Below are positions 11,017-21,229 of a stretch of 64,000 nucleotides of DNA, piece after piece. This stretch comes from a virus. Where the stretch lies: positions 62,520 to 126,519 of IMG/VR virus record IMGVR_UViG_3300031951_000037. One strand, given 5' to 3'. Both the position numbers and the translations under genes were made by a program. The notes below the pieces were generated by a model. It made no database searches, was not told where the DNA came from, and saw nothing but the letters and a program-made list of their open reading frames with translations. The first letter of the stretch is position 1; every line of letters begins with the position of its first letter.

Positions 11017-12255
11017 ATGGCTTATACGATTGTCAAGAGTGATGGTAATGTGTTGACTACTATCGCCGACGGTACTATTAACACTTCTAGTACCTCTCTT
11101 GGCCTACCTGGTAGAAACTATGCTGGATACGGTCAAACGCTAGATACCAATCAGGTACATATTCTTGAGAATTTTGCGGCAGCTACCCCGCCTGCTAACC
11201 CTCTCAGAGGTCAGCTTTGGTTCAATATTACTAATAGCACGTTGTATGTTTGCCCCGCAGACGGAACTACAAACGCAGCAGCTTGGCTATCACTAACCTC
11301 AACTGCCTCAGGCGGTACTACAACATTTGGTAATGTTTCTGTTTCAGGAAATCTCTCAGCCAATAATGCTTCAGTGGTAAACACAATCTCTGCCAATGCA
11401 ATAACTGCTGGATATCTAACAGTATCAACTCAAGCTAATATTGCTAACGCCAACTTAAGCGGAACTACTAGCATTGCAAGCTTAACTACAACTTCTATCA
11501 CATCAGGGTCTCAATCAACAAATGGAACATTAACTGGTGTGTGGACTGCTAACGGCGCAGGCACCGCAAACGGCGTTAATGGTACTTCAATGTGGGTTAC
11601 TGGTGGTAATCTAGTAATTACCGGCGCAGGGTCAATTGGTATCAGAACTGACAATTACTACTATGCGAACGGCGATCCCCTTTCGTTCCCTGGTACATAT
11701 AGCAATGCTAATGTTGCTTCTTATATCCCAACATATGTTGGCAACGTAGGTTCTGCTGGAGGCGCAACTATTTTCAATGGCAGCACCTTAAGCGCCGGCG
11801 CAAATACTACACCCGGAACAATTACCGGTAACTGGACATTGAGTGCAGGATCAAGACTAAACGCTACTTACGCTGACTTGGCGGAACGTTTTGAAGCAGA
11901 TACCTCATATGAACCGGGAACAGTAGTTCAGTTGGGCGGTGAAAAGGAAATTACTGCGGTTCAATATGAACTATCAGAAGACGTATTTGGTGTTATCTCA
12001 AATACTGCTGCTTACTTAATGAACGCAGGCGCAGGAAGTGACGCTACTCACCCTCCAGTAGCGGTCACAGGTAGAGTTGAAGTTAAGGTTACAGGAAAGA
12101 TTAAGAAGGGTGATCGTCTTGTTAGTGCTGGGTCAGGAATTGCTCGTGCTGCTAAGTCAGGTGAAGCAAACGCATTTAACACGATCGGTAGATCCTTAGA
12201 AGATAAAACAACTGATGGCGAAGGCTTTGTTGAAGCTATCGTAATGATTAGGTAA
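11017..12255 (+). CDS. Tail fibre/spike protein with C-terminal intramolecular chaperone (autoproteolytic) domain
   Basis: N-terminal ~270 aa paralogous to 7979..10588. C-terminal YADLAERFEAD...GDRLVSAG...IGRSLE is peptidase G2/S74-like. Confidence 0.75.
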   Translation: MAYTIVKSDGNVLTTIADGTINTSSTSLGLPGRNYAGYGQTLDTNQVHILENFAAATPPANPLRGQLWFNITNSTLYVCPADGTTNAAAWLSLTSTASGGTTTFGNVSVSGNLSANNASVVNTISANAITAGYLTVSTQANIANANLSGTTSIASLTTTSITSGSQSTNGTLTGVWTANGAGTANGVNGTSMWVTGGNLVITGAGSIGIRTDNYYYANGDPLSFPGTYSNANVASYIPTYVGNVGSAGGATIFNGSTLSAGANTTPGTITGNWTLSAGSRLNATYADLAERFEADTSYEPGTVVQLGGEKEITAVQYELSEDVFGVISNTAAYLMNAGAGSDATHPPVAVTGRVEVKVTGKIKKGDRLVSAGSGIARAAKSGEANAFNTIGRSLEDKTTDGEGFVEAIVMIR

Positions 12256-12267
12256 CAGGGATAAGAC

Positions 12268-13221
12268 ATGACCTACGCACAATTTGGACTTATACAGGCA
12301 GCAGATTTTAACACATTGGTGGGAGGAAACCCCACTACGACTGTTAATACGCTAAACGCAACTTGGGCAACTGGCGGCGGGTCAGCAGGTTATGGACAAA
12401 CAGCAGTAGCTAACGTAGCAGCAGGAGGCAGCGTCCTTGCTAGCACTCAGTGGGCTTCCCTAGTGTCTAACACTGCTAGTGCAGCATCACACCAAGGCTC
12501 AAGCATCACTTCAGTTTCGGTTCCCGTAGCAGGCGGTGTAATTACATACAATGCAGCTATTCCCACTAACTTGACAACTATCTATACCAATAGATTAAAT
12601 GCAGCGGCTCAAAGTTCAACCACAGCGAATACTGCTACTAGAGGAACTACTTGGACAAACCAATTGACGTTTACTCACACTGCTACTTTTGCTAACGGTA
12701 ATGCCGCCCGCTATTTCTTCAATGCTGGTGGTCAGATTAAAATGACCGTATCACATCCGGGTACAAATGGCATTGACCTATTGTTTAACAATCTAGCGAG
12801 TAACGTAGGTACAGTAGTATTGTCTGCACCAACATCAGGTTCAGTATCAATTGCTGGTACATCATATAACGGTATTACTAAGATTGGTGGAGGCGGCAAC
12901 ACTCCCACTATTTCTCAGAACAATGGTTACTATGCGTTGACTACATCAAACGCTAACGTATTCACGCAGACTGCTAGTACGGGCCCAAGCGGCTATCTAT
13001 CATCATTCATTCGCTTCATTGTCCAAAGCAATGGTACACAGGGTTCAAACGGTGATGCTGGATCAGTAATCACTATCTACACTATTTGGGATGAAGTTCC
13101 TGATGGACTAACTGTAGCATCAGGTTCAGCAACTACTATGACATTGACCCCACCTTCTACGACTAACATTGCTAATACTTGGGGCTCAGTCACGTTGTCC
13201 GGCACGGTCAGCGGTTCATAA
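12268..13221 (+). CDS. Virion structural protein (T/S/A/G-rich)
   Basis: Composition and position after the fibre genes. Confidence 0.55.
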   Translation: MTYAQFGLIQAADFNTLVGGNPTTTVNTLNATWATGGGSAGYGQTAVANVAAGGSVLASTQWASLVSNTASAASHQGSSITSVSVPVAGGVITYNAAIPTNLTTIYTNRLNAAAQSSTTANTATRGTTWTNQLTFTHTATFANGNAARYFFNAGGQIKMTVSHPGTNGIDLLFNNLASNVGTVVLSAPTSGSVSIAGTSYNGITKIGGGGNTPTISQNNGYYALTTSNANVFTQTASTGPSGYLSSFIRFIVQSNGTQGSNGDAGSVITIYTIWDEVPDGLTVASGSATTMTLTPPSTTNIANTWGSVTLSGTVSGS

Positions 13222-13248
13222 CTTTTTTAATCACGCAGGGGTATCCAT

Positions 13249-13255
13249 CTAAATA
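13249..13255 (+). promoter_or_regulatory. Late promoter-like motif CTAAATA
   Basis: Intergenic, upstream of SD AGGAG and of the operon leading into the glycan island. Confidence 0.45.
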
Positions 13256-13268
13256 CTCATAGGAGTTT

Positions 13269-13577
13269 ATGATGGATACTAAGACCTTAATTACCGAAGC
13301 AAAAGCTCGTTTTGCTCACAATTCAGCAAAAGACTATCTAAAAGAAAAGTACAATGCAAAGCTACTCGTAGCAGAGCAGGGTGGTCTTTGGCGTGCTGAC
13401 CAAGAAACTATCTCATTCCTAACATCATTCTTAAATGAAGAAGTCGTTCTTATGGATACATTTGACAATCCAGTAAAGGTTAATCGCCAAGACCTTAAAG
13501 ATAAGTTATGTGAAACTTATTATAGAGTGATGAACGAATGGCACGATGAGTGGAAAGAGCTTGAAAGTAAGAGATAA
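13269..13577 (+). CDS. Hypothetical protein
   Basis: SD AGGAG; 102-aa ORF in an operon. Confidence 0.6.
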   Translation: MMDTKTLITEAKARFAHNSAKDYLKEKYNAKLLVAEQGGLWRADQETISFLTSFLNEEVVLMDTFDNPVKVNRQDLKDKLCETYYRVMNEWHDEWKELESKR

Positions 13578-13578
13578 C

Positions 13579-13752
13579 ATGACCGAACTAGTATACGATT
13601 CAGATAACGGCATCATCGCATTAGCATTACAAATGTACGTTCACTACGCTACTGAAATGGGCGGCGATCAGCATTTGATTGACAGAGCTGGTGAGCTAGA
13701 GTTTATCTTTAAGAATAAACCTACAACAGAAAGATACGAGTGGCCAGAATGA
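13579..13752 (+). CDS. Hypothetical protein
   Basis: ATG at 13579 follows the upstream stop; ATGA overlap with the next gene. Confidence 0.5.
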   Translation: MTELVYDSDNGIIALALQMYVHYATEMGGDQHLIDRAGELEFIFKNKPTTERYEWPE

Positions 13753-14555
13753 CTCGTGGCGTAATACTATTTGCTTTCAATAGTCCCAAATACAATTACT
13801 ATGATATGGCTAAACATACTGCAAAGCGTGTTGAGCATTTCTTAAAGCTGCCTGTTACGTTAGTAACAGATGAAGACTCTATGCCTGCAGGAGAGTTTGC
13901 GTATTGGGACAAAGTAGTAAAGATTAAGCCGGATAAGAATAACTTTCGTGACTGGGGCATGTGGATCAATAAGGGTCGCTATATGGCTTACGAGCTTAGC
14001 CCTTACGAAGAAACATTATTACTTGACGTAGACTACATCATCAACTCAAGTAAACTGCTTACCTTATTTGATATTGACACAGATTTTTGCTGCCACAATA
14101 GAACTAATTTCTTAATGCATCCAAATGCACCACAAGAACTACTGTCAGTTTACAGCTATGAGACACTATGGGCCACTGTTGTGATGTTCCGCAAGAGTAC
14201 TCGTGCCGAGCAAATCTTTAAATGTTTAGAAATGGTACAAAAGAACTATGAACACTACGCCAACATTCATAATTTTATCGCCCCTGTATATCGTAACGAT
14301 TATGCTCTCACTCTCGCCCTTCGTATTGCTAACGGCCATAGTGTTGATTCCCGCGATGTTATTCCTTGGGATTTACTGCACGTTGGAAAAAATACGCAAG
14401 TTTATCGTAATGGTGATGACCAGTTTGGGACAGAGTATACGGTCATGTTTGACAACTGGCAACGGGGCAAAATAAGAAAAGAGTATATTACAATCAAAGA
14501 TCAAGACTTCCACGTGATGGATAAAGAAATATATGTGGAGATGATCAATGAATAA
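13749..14555 (+). CDS. GT-A fold glycosyltransferase-like protein (GT8-like)
   Basis: MTRGVILFAFN, PYEETLLLDVD (DxD), RNDYALTLA. Confidence 0.6.
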   Translation: MTRGVILFAFNSPKYNYYDMAKHTAKRVEHFLKLPVTLVTDEDSMPAGEFAYWDKVVKIKPDKNNFRDWGMWINKGRYMAYELSPYEETLLLDVDYIINSSKLLTLFDIDTDFCCHNRTNFLMHPNAPQELLSVYSYETLWATVVMFRKSTRAEQIFKCLEMVQKNYEHYANIHNFIAPVYRNDYALTLALRIANGHSVDSRDVIPWDLLHVGKNTQVYRNGDDQFGTEYTVMFDNWQRGKIRKEYITIKDQDFHVMDKEIYVEMINE

Positions 14556-15306
14556 AGGCTTTGTCATTATGGCGCAGGGTCTTGATTATGAAGTCTGTGC
14601 AGAAGTTCTTAAGGACAGCATCTTAAACGTGATGCACGATGCCAACGTGACTATCGTTACTACTGATATGCTTCCGTACGGTGATCAGGCTCCCGATATT
14701 GATTGGAAGTTGCAGAATGACTGGCAAGTATACGAAGCAAGTCCATATGACTATACAATTAAACTTGAAGCCGATATGTATTTACCAAAGTCAATTGACT
14801 ATTGGTGGGATGTATTACAGAATAGAGACTTAGTAGTAAGCACTACAATCAGAAACTTCAAGCAAGAGATTTCGGATGTTAAAGCATATCGTAGATTTAT
14901 TACTGACAACAATCTACCTGATACTTATAATGCCATTACATACTTCCGTAAAAGTGAGTTAGCAGAAAAGTTCTTCAACATTGTTAGAGACGTATTTGAA
15001 AACTGGGACCAATACAAAGCTATTCTAAAATGCAACGTTGATGAGCTTTGTACAACAGATTGGGCTTATGCTATTGCTGTACATATTCTAGGTGAAGAGA
15101 ATACTACACTGCCGCAATTCAAAGAAATGTCAATGATACATATGAAGCAATTCATTAACGGTTGTCCTACTCAGAATTGGACAGACAATTTGATTTATGA
15201 GAAGCTTCCGCACACATTTAGAATCAATACTATTCCGCAACTGTATCCATTGCACTATCACGTAAAAAGTTTAACTAAAGAACTTAGGGGAAATAACAAT
15301 GGATGA
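14548..15306 (+). CDS. GT-A fold glycosyltransferase-like protein (paralogue of the previous gene)
   Basis: MNKGFVIMAQG, SPYDYTIKLEAD, TTDWAYAIA. Confidence 0.55.
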   Translation: MNKGFVIMAQGLDYEVCAEVLKDSILNVMHDANVTIVTTDMLPYGDQAPDIDWKLQNDWQVYEASPYDYTIKLEADMYLPKSIDYWWDVLQNRDLVVSTTIRNFKQEISDVKAYRRFITDNNLPDTYNAITYFRKSELAEKFFNIVRDVFENWDQYKAILKCNVDELCTTDWAYAIAVHILGEENTTLPQFKEMSMIHMKQFINGCPTQNWTDNLIYEKLPHTFRINTIPQLYPLHYHVKSLTKELRGNNNG

Positions 15307-15619
15307 AGTAGTTGTTATTTGGGAAAGTCATAAGGTTGCCAAGCCAGAGTTTAGGCTTTATTATGACGATAGGGGATGTGCTATCGCTTATACCTGTGAA
15401 AAACTTGAAGGTAATTACATTATCATTGATGCAACAACATTTGCTGAGGCTAGACCCGACATTAAAGTTGTTGACGGAAAAATCATTAGAGATCACTATG
15501 GCTCGGTAGTGAGCAAGTTGTGTAAAGACACTGAGGGTGTTCTTTGTGAGGTTGAAGACCTAAGCGTTATCACTGAGACCGATGGACAATATTGGAAATT
15601 AAAAACTTATGAATTATGA
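15299..15619 (+). CDS. Hypothetical protein
   Basis: Overlaps both neighbours in an operon-like arrangement. Confidence 0.55.
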   Translation: MDEVVVIWESHKVAKPEFRLYYDDRGCAIAYTCEKLEGNYIIIDATTFAEARPDIKVVDGKIIRDHYGSVVSKLCKDTEGVLCEVEDLSVITETDGQYWKLKTYEL

Positions 15620-16559
15620 TGACATTGTAGATATCGCAGACCTAGACTGCATCTATCTTAGCTATGATGAACCACAGAAAGAAGAATTTTGGATTAAGAT
15701 TAAGAACTTGGTTCCATGGGCTAAGAGAGTTGATGGAGTTAAGGGTAGCGATGCCGCACACAAAGCAGCAGGCGAAGCAAGTGAGACAGAACGCTTCATT
15801 CTCATTGACGGCGATAATATGCCTAACGAGGATTTCTTCAATCTACAACTAGACTTTACAGGATTAGATCCTAATTACAAGTTAGCGCAATATCGTTGGC
15901 GTGCAGTTAATGCTATCAATGGCTTGCGTTATGGCAACGGCGGTATGAGTTCTTGGACAAAGACCTACGTTGCCAACATGAAGACCCATGAAACAAGCGA
16001 TGGTAGTGACACTACTGCCGTTGACTTTTGCATGGATTCTTCTGATAATCTATACTGGGCGATGCACGACTGCTACTCCACAACGTATCCTAACTACACT
16101 CCCTTCCAAGCGTGGAGAGCAGGATTCCGTGAAGGTGTCAAGATGGTACTTGATCGGGGTGCAAAGCCCAGTATAGATGACTTTAGAGAAAGAGTTGCAG
16201 GACGCAATCTAAACAATCTTACTATCTGGCATAACGTTGGCGCAGACGTAGAGAATGGTGTTTGGGCTATCTATGGTGCAAGACTTGGTACATATATGAC
16301 TATGCTCACAGATTGGGACCACAAAGAAGTAATGTGGTTTGATAACTTTCCTATTCTTTGGGAAAAGCACAAAAATGCACAGCCTATTATAAGTTCCGAG
16401 ATGTTGGGAGATGAGTTGGTTGATAAACTTGGACTACCAATGTGCATGTTAGACCCCGAGCAAAGCAAGTTTTTTAAGCGTCACTATAACGCAGACAAGT
16501 ATAACATGGGTCCACTCGTTAAGGAGATGGACGTTATTAGAAAGATTGAAGGCTGGTAA
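15609..16559 (+). CDS. Phage glycosyltransferase-like protein (GT2-like)
   Basis: LSYDEP, RVDGVKGSDAAHKAA, ILIDGDN (DxD), QAWRAGFREGVK; homologous to the C-terminal domain of 28720..33672. Confidence 0.6.
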   Translation: MNYDDIVDIADLDCIYLSYDEPQKEEFWIKIKNLVPWAKRVDGVKGSDAAHKAAGEASETERFILIDGDNMPNEDFFNLQLDFTGLDPNYKLAQYRWRAVNAINGLRYGNGGMSSWTKTYVANMKTHETSDGSDTTAVDFCMDSSDNLYWAMHDCYSTTYPNYTPFQAWRAGFREGVKMVLDRGAKPSIDDFRERVAGRNLNNLTIWHNVGADVENGVWAIYGARLGTYMTMLTDWDHKEVMWFDNFPILWEKHKNAQPIISSEMLGDELVDKLGLPMCMLDPEQSKFFKRHYNADKYNMGPLVKEMDVIRKIEGW

Positions 16560-16587
16560 GTCTCAGCCATAACTAAGGAAATAAAAT

Positions 16588-17985
16588 ATGTCATTTAACG
16601 ATTACCAGCGTCATTTAGAAAATACAAAGACCGAATTGGATTCGGTTAGTGGTTCATTCTGTGCCGCTAAGTGGAAGCAAGTGACCATGCACTTACAGAA
16701 TGGCCACACGCATAGCTGTCACCACCCCAAAACACACCACGTACCGGTTGAAGAAATTAAAAGAAATCCAACTGCATTGCATAACAGCGAATATAAAAAG
16801 CAGCAGAGAAAATTGATGCTTGAAGGTGAACGCCCTTCTGAGTGTGACTATTGCTGGAGAGTAGAAGATCAGGGAGATAGCTTTAGTGACCGAGTGTACA
16901 AGAGTGCAGACAACTGGGCCAAACCTTTTATTCAAGATATCGCTAGCAAGCCATGGGATGACAACGTTGATCCTAGCTACGTAGAAGTTAGCTTTGGTAA
17001 TGTGTGCAACTTCAAGTGCAGTTATTGTGCGCCACATATCAGCAGTCAGTGGATGGAAGAAATTGAAAGACACGGTCCCTATCCTACCAGCGATAACTTT
17101 AACAATCTAGATTGGCTAAAGAGTCAGAACATGATTCCGATTCCCAATAGAGAAGAAAACCCATACGTTGACGCTTTTTGGGAATGGTGGCCAAGAATGT
17201 ATAATAGTTTGCAGCACTTTAGAATTACGGGCGGCGAACCACTATTAAACAAAAACACTTTCAAGGTATTGGACTATATTATTGATAATCCTAATCCTAA
17301 CCTAGAAGTAAGTATCAATACTAATATGAATGCACCTGACGATATTCTTGACAAGTTTTTAGAGAAGGTCAAGATCATTCATGGTGAAAATAAATTAAAG
17401 AACTTTAAGTTGTTTACAAGTGCCGAAGCTCATGGTAGACAGAGTGAGTATATCAGATTTGGAATGAATTATGATAAATGGTTAGGCAACATTCATAAAA
17501 CTTACAAAGAAGTTCCGGGTATTCAGTTCACCATTATGAGCACCTACAACTTCCTAAGTATGACTTCATATATTCCATTCTTGAAAGATGTGCTAGATAT
17601 TAAGTTAGAGTATCATCGTTGGGACGATCACAGAACCCCGATGTTACTTGACATTCCATATCTAAGATTCCCCAATCATCAGGCAATATTCATTATGGAA
17701 CCAGAGCAGCTACAAATGATCTATGATCAGGTTACATTCATGTACCAAAATCTTGAATACAAGAACTGGTATGGTAGTGCTAACCGTGGGTTCTTTGAAC
17801 ATGAGGCTGACAAATTGAAAAGAATCTACAATATCGCTAAAGACAATGTTGTAACGGAAGTCACCGAAAATAATCGCAGAAACTTTGTAAAGTTTGTTGA
17901 TGAGCATGACAAGCGCCGAGGCACGAACTTCTTAGCGACATTCCCTGAGTACGGGGAAGTTTACTATAAGTGGAAGAATATGTAA
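16588..17985 (+). CDS. Radical SAM enzyme with auxiliary Cys-rich domain
   Basis: CNFKCSYC (CxxxCxxC) and TGGEP; additional CAAKW...SCHH and CDYCW motifs. Confidence 0.9.
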   Translation: MSFNDYQRHLENTKTELDSVSGSFCAAKWKQVTMHLQNGHTHSCHHPKTHHVPVEEIKRNPTALHNSEYKKQQRKLMLEGERPSECDYCWRVEDQGDSFSDRVYKSADNWAKPFIQDIASKPWDDNVDPSYVEVSFGNVCNFKCSYCAPHISSQWMEEIERHGPYPTSDNFNNLDWLKSQNMIPIPNREENPYVDAFWEWWPRMYNSLQHFRITGGEPLLNKNTFKVLDYIIDNPNPNLEVSINTNMNAPDDILDKFLEKVKIIHGENKLKNFKLFTSAEAHGRQSEYIRFGMNYDKWLGNIHKTYKEVPGIQFTIMSTYNFLSMTSYIPFLKDVLDIKLEYHRWDDHRTPMLLDIPYLRFPNHQAIFIMEPEQLQMIYDQVTFMYQNLEYKNWYGSANRGFFEHEADKLKRIYNIAKDNVVTEVTENNRRNFVKFVDEHDKRRGTNFLATFPEYGEVYYKWKNM

Positions 17986-18764
17986 TGCGTGTAGCACTAT
18001 GCATAAGTGGTCAGCCAAGAACATGGAAAAACTCATATTATACATGGGTTGAACACTTATTGCCCGGTGTAGAAAAAGATATTTTCTTCCATTTATGGGA
18101 TTATAACACATTGCCGGGAATAGTAGTACAGTCAGGAGTATCTAAACTTGAGGATGTTCCTATTTCAGAAGAAGAAAAACAAGAAATACTAGATACGTAT
18201 CAACCTAAGAAATATAAGTTTGATAGTAGAAATGTTAATCCGGTTGAACGTGACAAAGATCCTAGTATACTGTCTGATTATGTGAAATATCCATTAGGTT
18301 GGTGGTGTAGAAGTCAGTATCATAGCTTATACTATGCTGCCAATCTAAAAAGACAATACGAACTTGAAAACAATTTTGAATACGATGTTGTGTTTAGAAT
18401 GAGAACTGATCTATATTTTATGGAAAACTTAAACATGCCCGCTACAATTCGTCCTAACGAGTTCTACAGCAAAAGCAACGGCTACATGGATAACGTTGAA
18501 GCCTTTATGATAGGTGATACATTTTATTTTGCTGATAGTTTTACATACGACCAAGCGGCAGAGTTCATCTATGGATTAAACTTCATTGATGCTAGACACG
18601 TTGCACCCGCACACATATTATGTCCTCCACCTGAGGTTGGGTTATATCCCTTTTTGTGTGCTAGTGGAATAAAAAATGTCAGTTGCCCGCAAAACATAAA
18701 GATATTACGAAATCAAGAATATCTTGACATAAGAGGAAGGTTAGCACACTATGAAGTCGTATAA
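17985..18764 (+). CDS. Glycosyltransferase-like protein (paralogue 1 of 3)
   Basis: MRVALCISGQPR; YELENNFEYDVVFRMRTD. Confidence 0.55.
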   Translation: MRVALCISGQPRTWKNSYYTWVEHLLPGVEKDIFFHLWDYNTLPGIVVQSGVSKLEDVPISEEEKQEILDTYQPKKYKFDSRNVNPVERDKDPSILSDYVKYPLGWWCRSQYHSLYYAANLKRQYELENNFEYDVVFRMRTDLYFMENLNMPATIRPNEFYSKSNGYMDNVEAFMIGDTFYFADSFTYDQAAEFIYGLNFIDARHVAPAHILCPPPEVGLYPFLCASGIKNVSCPQNIKILRNQEYLDIRGRLAHYEVV

Positions 18765-19620
18765 GATAGCAGTCTGTTTGAGCGGCGAGGCGCGCACTTG
18801 GGAGCATTGTGCAACCAACATACTAGAATTCTACAAAAGCGATGTTCACGAAGTAAAGTTTTTTGGACATACCTGGACTGAAAGCGACTATAGAAAAGAG
18901 CATGAATACTATGGTGTGGAAAGATACGAACGCTACGATAATACAGTGCTAAATCTCAAAATGCGAAACAAAATTAATTATCAAAAACTAGTAGTGGATA
19001 ATAAATCGGTAGTCAACGACACACCTGAACCAAGCGTTATAAGTTTTGATGAATGTACATATGGTCTCAAACGAGCAGCAAACTTAGTCAAGCCTACAGT
19101 GTATGTGCATATGAGCTACAGTATCATGAAAGCTAACTGGCTTAAAACAATGTACGAAATAGAAAACGATATGCGTTTTGATTTAGTAGTTAGAGCAAGA
19201 CATGACACATACTATATGCCCGGTACAACGTTTGACAGTTATATACCTAATAATATAGAGCCAACTGTAATACATGGTGCCATCAACACCTTTCCAATGG
19301 AATATTGGCAAAACCACTTTAATGACGTATTATTCTTTGGATCAAGTAGAGTGATGAATACTGTATGTGATTTTTACAGATACTATAGTACGGGAAAGTT
19401 TTGGGAACTATTAGATACACACTGGAACGACCCTTATGTAAAAATCTGCGGGTATAATGTTAGTTTGTATAAATGGTTAGCAATGAAAAACATAAGGGTA
19501 AAAGAAACTCCCCTCTTGTTTAATACTGCTGTGTTTAGAAAAAAAGCAGCAGACGAACTATATAGATTGCCTCAAGATGCGGAAGCAATTTTAGATGTTG
19601 AAAGAGGGTTGTTCCGATGA
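18751..19620 (+). CDS. Glycosyltransferase-like protein (paralogue 2 of 3)
   Basis: KIAVCLSGEAR; YEIENDMRFDLVVRARHD. Confidence 0.55.
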   Translation: MKSYKIAVCLSGEARTWEHCATNILEFYKSDVHEVKFFGHTWTESDYRKEHEYYGVERYERYDNTVLNLKMRNKINYQKLVVDNKSVVNDTPEPSVISFDECTYGLKRAANLVKPTVYVHMSYSIMKANWLKTMYEIENDMRFDLVVRARHDTYYMPGTTFDSYIPNNIEPTVIHGAINTFPMEYWQNHFNDVLFFGSSRVMNTVCDFYRYYSTGKFWELLDTHWNDPYVKICGYNVSLYKWLAMKNIRVKETPLLFNTAVFRKKAADELYRLPQDAEAILDVERGLFR

Positions 19621-20438
19621 GAATTGCAGTATGCTTTAGTGGGGTTATAAGAACAGGAGTGTTATGTGTTGATAACATAAAACGTTTCTTAGGAGACATG
19701 CTACCAAACTGCGATTTTTTCCTACACACATGGGATTACGAAACTAATAAGCCTTTTGCTAGAACGCACTGGAACGATATTCCATTTATTCAGCGACTTG
19801 ACGAACCGTTACGTCAAGAAAAACTACAAAAATTCATTGAAGCATACAATCCAATAAAGTTTAAGGTAGATAGTTATTCAGAGTTTATGAATAGCGTTAC
19901 TAATAAACAGTTTCCTATAGTGTGGCATACGCTGTCTAGAAGCTTTGAGCTTAAAAGACAACATGAACTGGAAAACAATTTTACGTATGATGTAGTAATA
20001 AAGATTCGCCCAGACGTTATATTTCCCGATTACAAGAGTCTGCGAAAAGCATTAGCTAGAATAGATATATCTAAACCGGTTATTTACAGTGATCCGCATA
20101 TAGCTCATAGGTTAGATGATGTATTTTGGATCACAAATAGCCAGGTCGCTGATACAATGATTAGATTAGTAGCGGAACCTAGGATGCCACCAGATAACTT
20201 TAATACAGCAGTGGTTGAGTTCATACGAAATAATGGAATATCTCATTTACCGATTGCGGGCATTGATCAGATTTGCTATACTATATACAGATATGAATCG
20301 TACATGCTTGACCCTATGACAAATTTCCGTGAATGCTATATGAACGATCTTATACATTACAGTTCTGTACCTGCCGAAGAAATACAAGGAGTGTTTCGTT
20401 ACAACGATAAAAATAACTTATATAGGACAGTGAAATGA
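19617..20438 (+). CDS. Glycosyltransferase-like protein (paralogue 3 of 3)
   Basis: MRIAVCFSGVIR; HELENNFTYDVVIKIRPD. Confidence 0.55.
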   Translation: MRIAVCFSGVIRTGVLCVDNIKRFLGDMLPNCDFFLHTWDYETNKPFARTHWNDIPFIQRLDEPLRQEKLQKFIEAYNPIKFKVDSYSEFMNSVTNKQFPIVWHTLSRSFELKRQHELENNFTYDVVIKIRPDVIFPDYKSLRKALARIDISKPVIYSDPHIAHRLDDVFWITNSQVADTMIRLVAEPRMPPDNFNTAVVEFIRNNGISHLPIAGIDQICYTIYRYESYMLDPMTNFRECYMNDLIHYSSVPAEEIQGVFRYNDKNNLYRTVK

Positions 20439-21229
20439 TTGATTTCCTATACGCAAATGGATGTAGCTGGACAGCCGGCAACGGCATTCAAGATGACCCA
20501 AGTTTATCCGATTTGGAACCTGTTGAGAGATGGAGTCATCTCGTACCAAACGCATGGCCTAGTGTAGTCGCAGAAAAATTGGGCGTTGAACATATCAACG
20601 AAGCTCAGGGCGCCGGCAGCAATGCACGTATGGTTAGAACCACGTGCGATTTCTTACGGAACTATCCAAAGGAAAAATATAGTTCATTGGTAGTAATGTT
20701 GGGCTGGACTACGGTTGACAGAAATGAAGTATATTTACGTGAAGACGAAAAAGAAGGATGGTGCATGTTTAATGCTACACAGCCGGTTAGTTCACACGGT
20801 GTACCCTTCAGACCAGACTTTAGTAAGGACTATTTGCGAATCATTGATGAGTGGCAAAAAGACTATATCTTAAATGTGTACTCAAATCATAATAACTATG
20901 TTAAGTTTCTGCAAGAAATGTATCTTATGAGCAATCTACTAGAAAACTTGGGCATAAGGTATTTGTTCTTTAGCAGCTTGCCATGGAGAACTGCATGGAT
21001 GCCAAATCATGATAGTTTTGATATATCAGAAAGATTTGCTCAAGAAATTGCAGCAGTACAAAAGCCCTGCATTTTGAATACCCGAGATTCAGATGAATCA
21101 TTAAATGTAATGAGTATTTTTTGCAATATTAATCAAATCCCAATGGCTACCGATTGCCACACTATGATAGAAGGACACAGAAGATGGGGCGAACATCTAT
21201 ATCAGGAGTTTACTAATATTTATGGATAA
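20435..21229 (+). CDS. SGNH/GDSL-hydrolase-like protein (1 of 3)
   Basis: ANGCSWTAG block I; GAGSNARMVR; DCHTMIEGH block V. Confidence 0.6.
   Translation: MIDFLYANGCSWTAGNGIQDDPSLSDLEPVERWSHLVPNAWPSVVAEKLGVEHINEAQGAGSNARMVRTTCDFLRNYPKEKYSSLVVMLGWTTVDRNEVYLREDEKEGWCMFNATQPVSSHGVPFRPDFSKDYLRIIDEWQKDYILNVYSNHNNYVKFLQEMYLMSNLLENLGIRYLFFSSLPWRTAWMPNHDSFDISERFAQEIAAVQKPCILNTRDSDESLNVMSIFCNINQIPMATDCHTMIEGHRRWGEHLYQEFTNIYG

Noticed and set aside
8095-12269. Minus-strand ORFs within the tail-fibre genes (e.g. 9490-10275)
   Set aside because: Low-complexity antisense shadows of Thr/Ala/Gly-rich fibre repeats.
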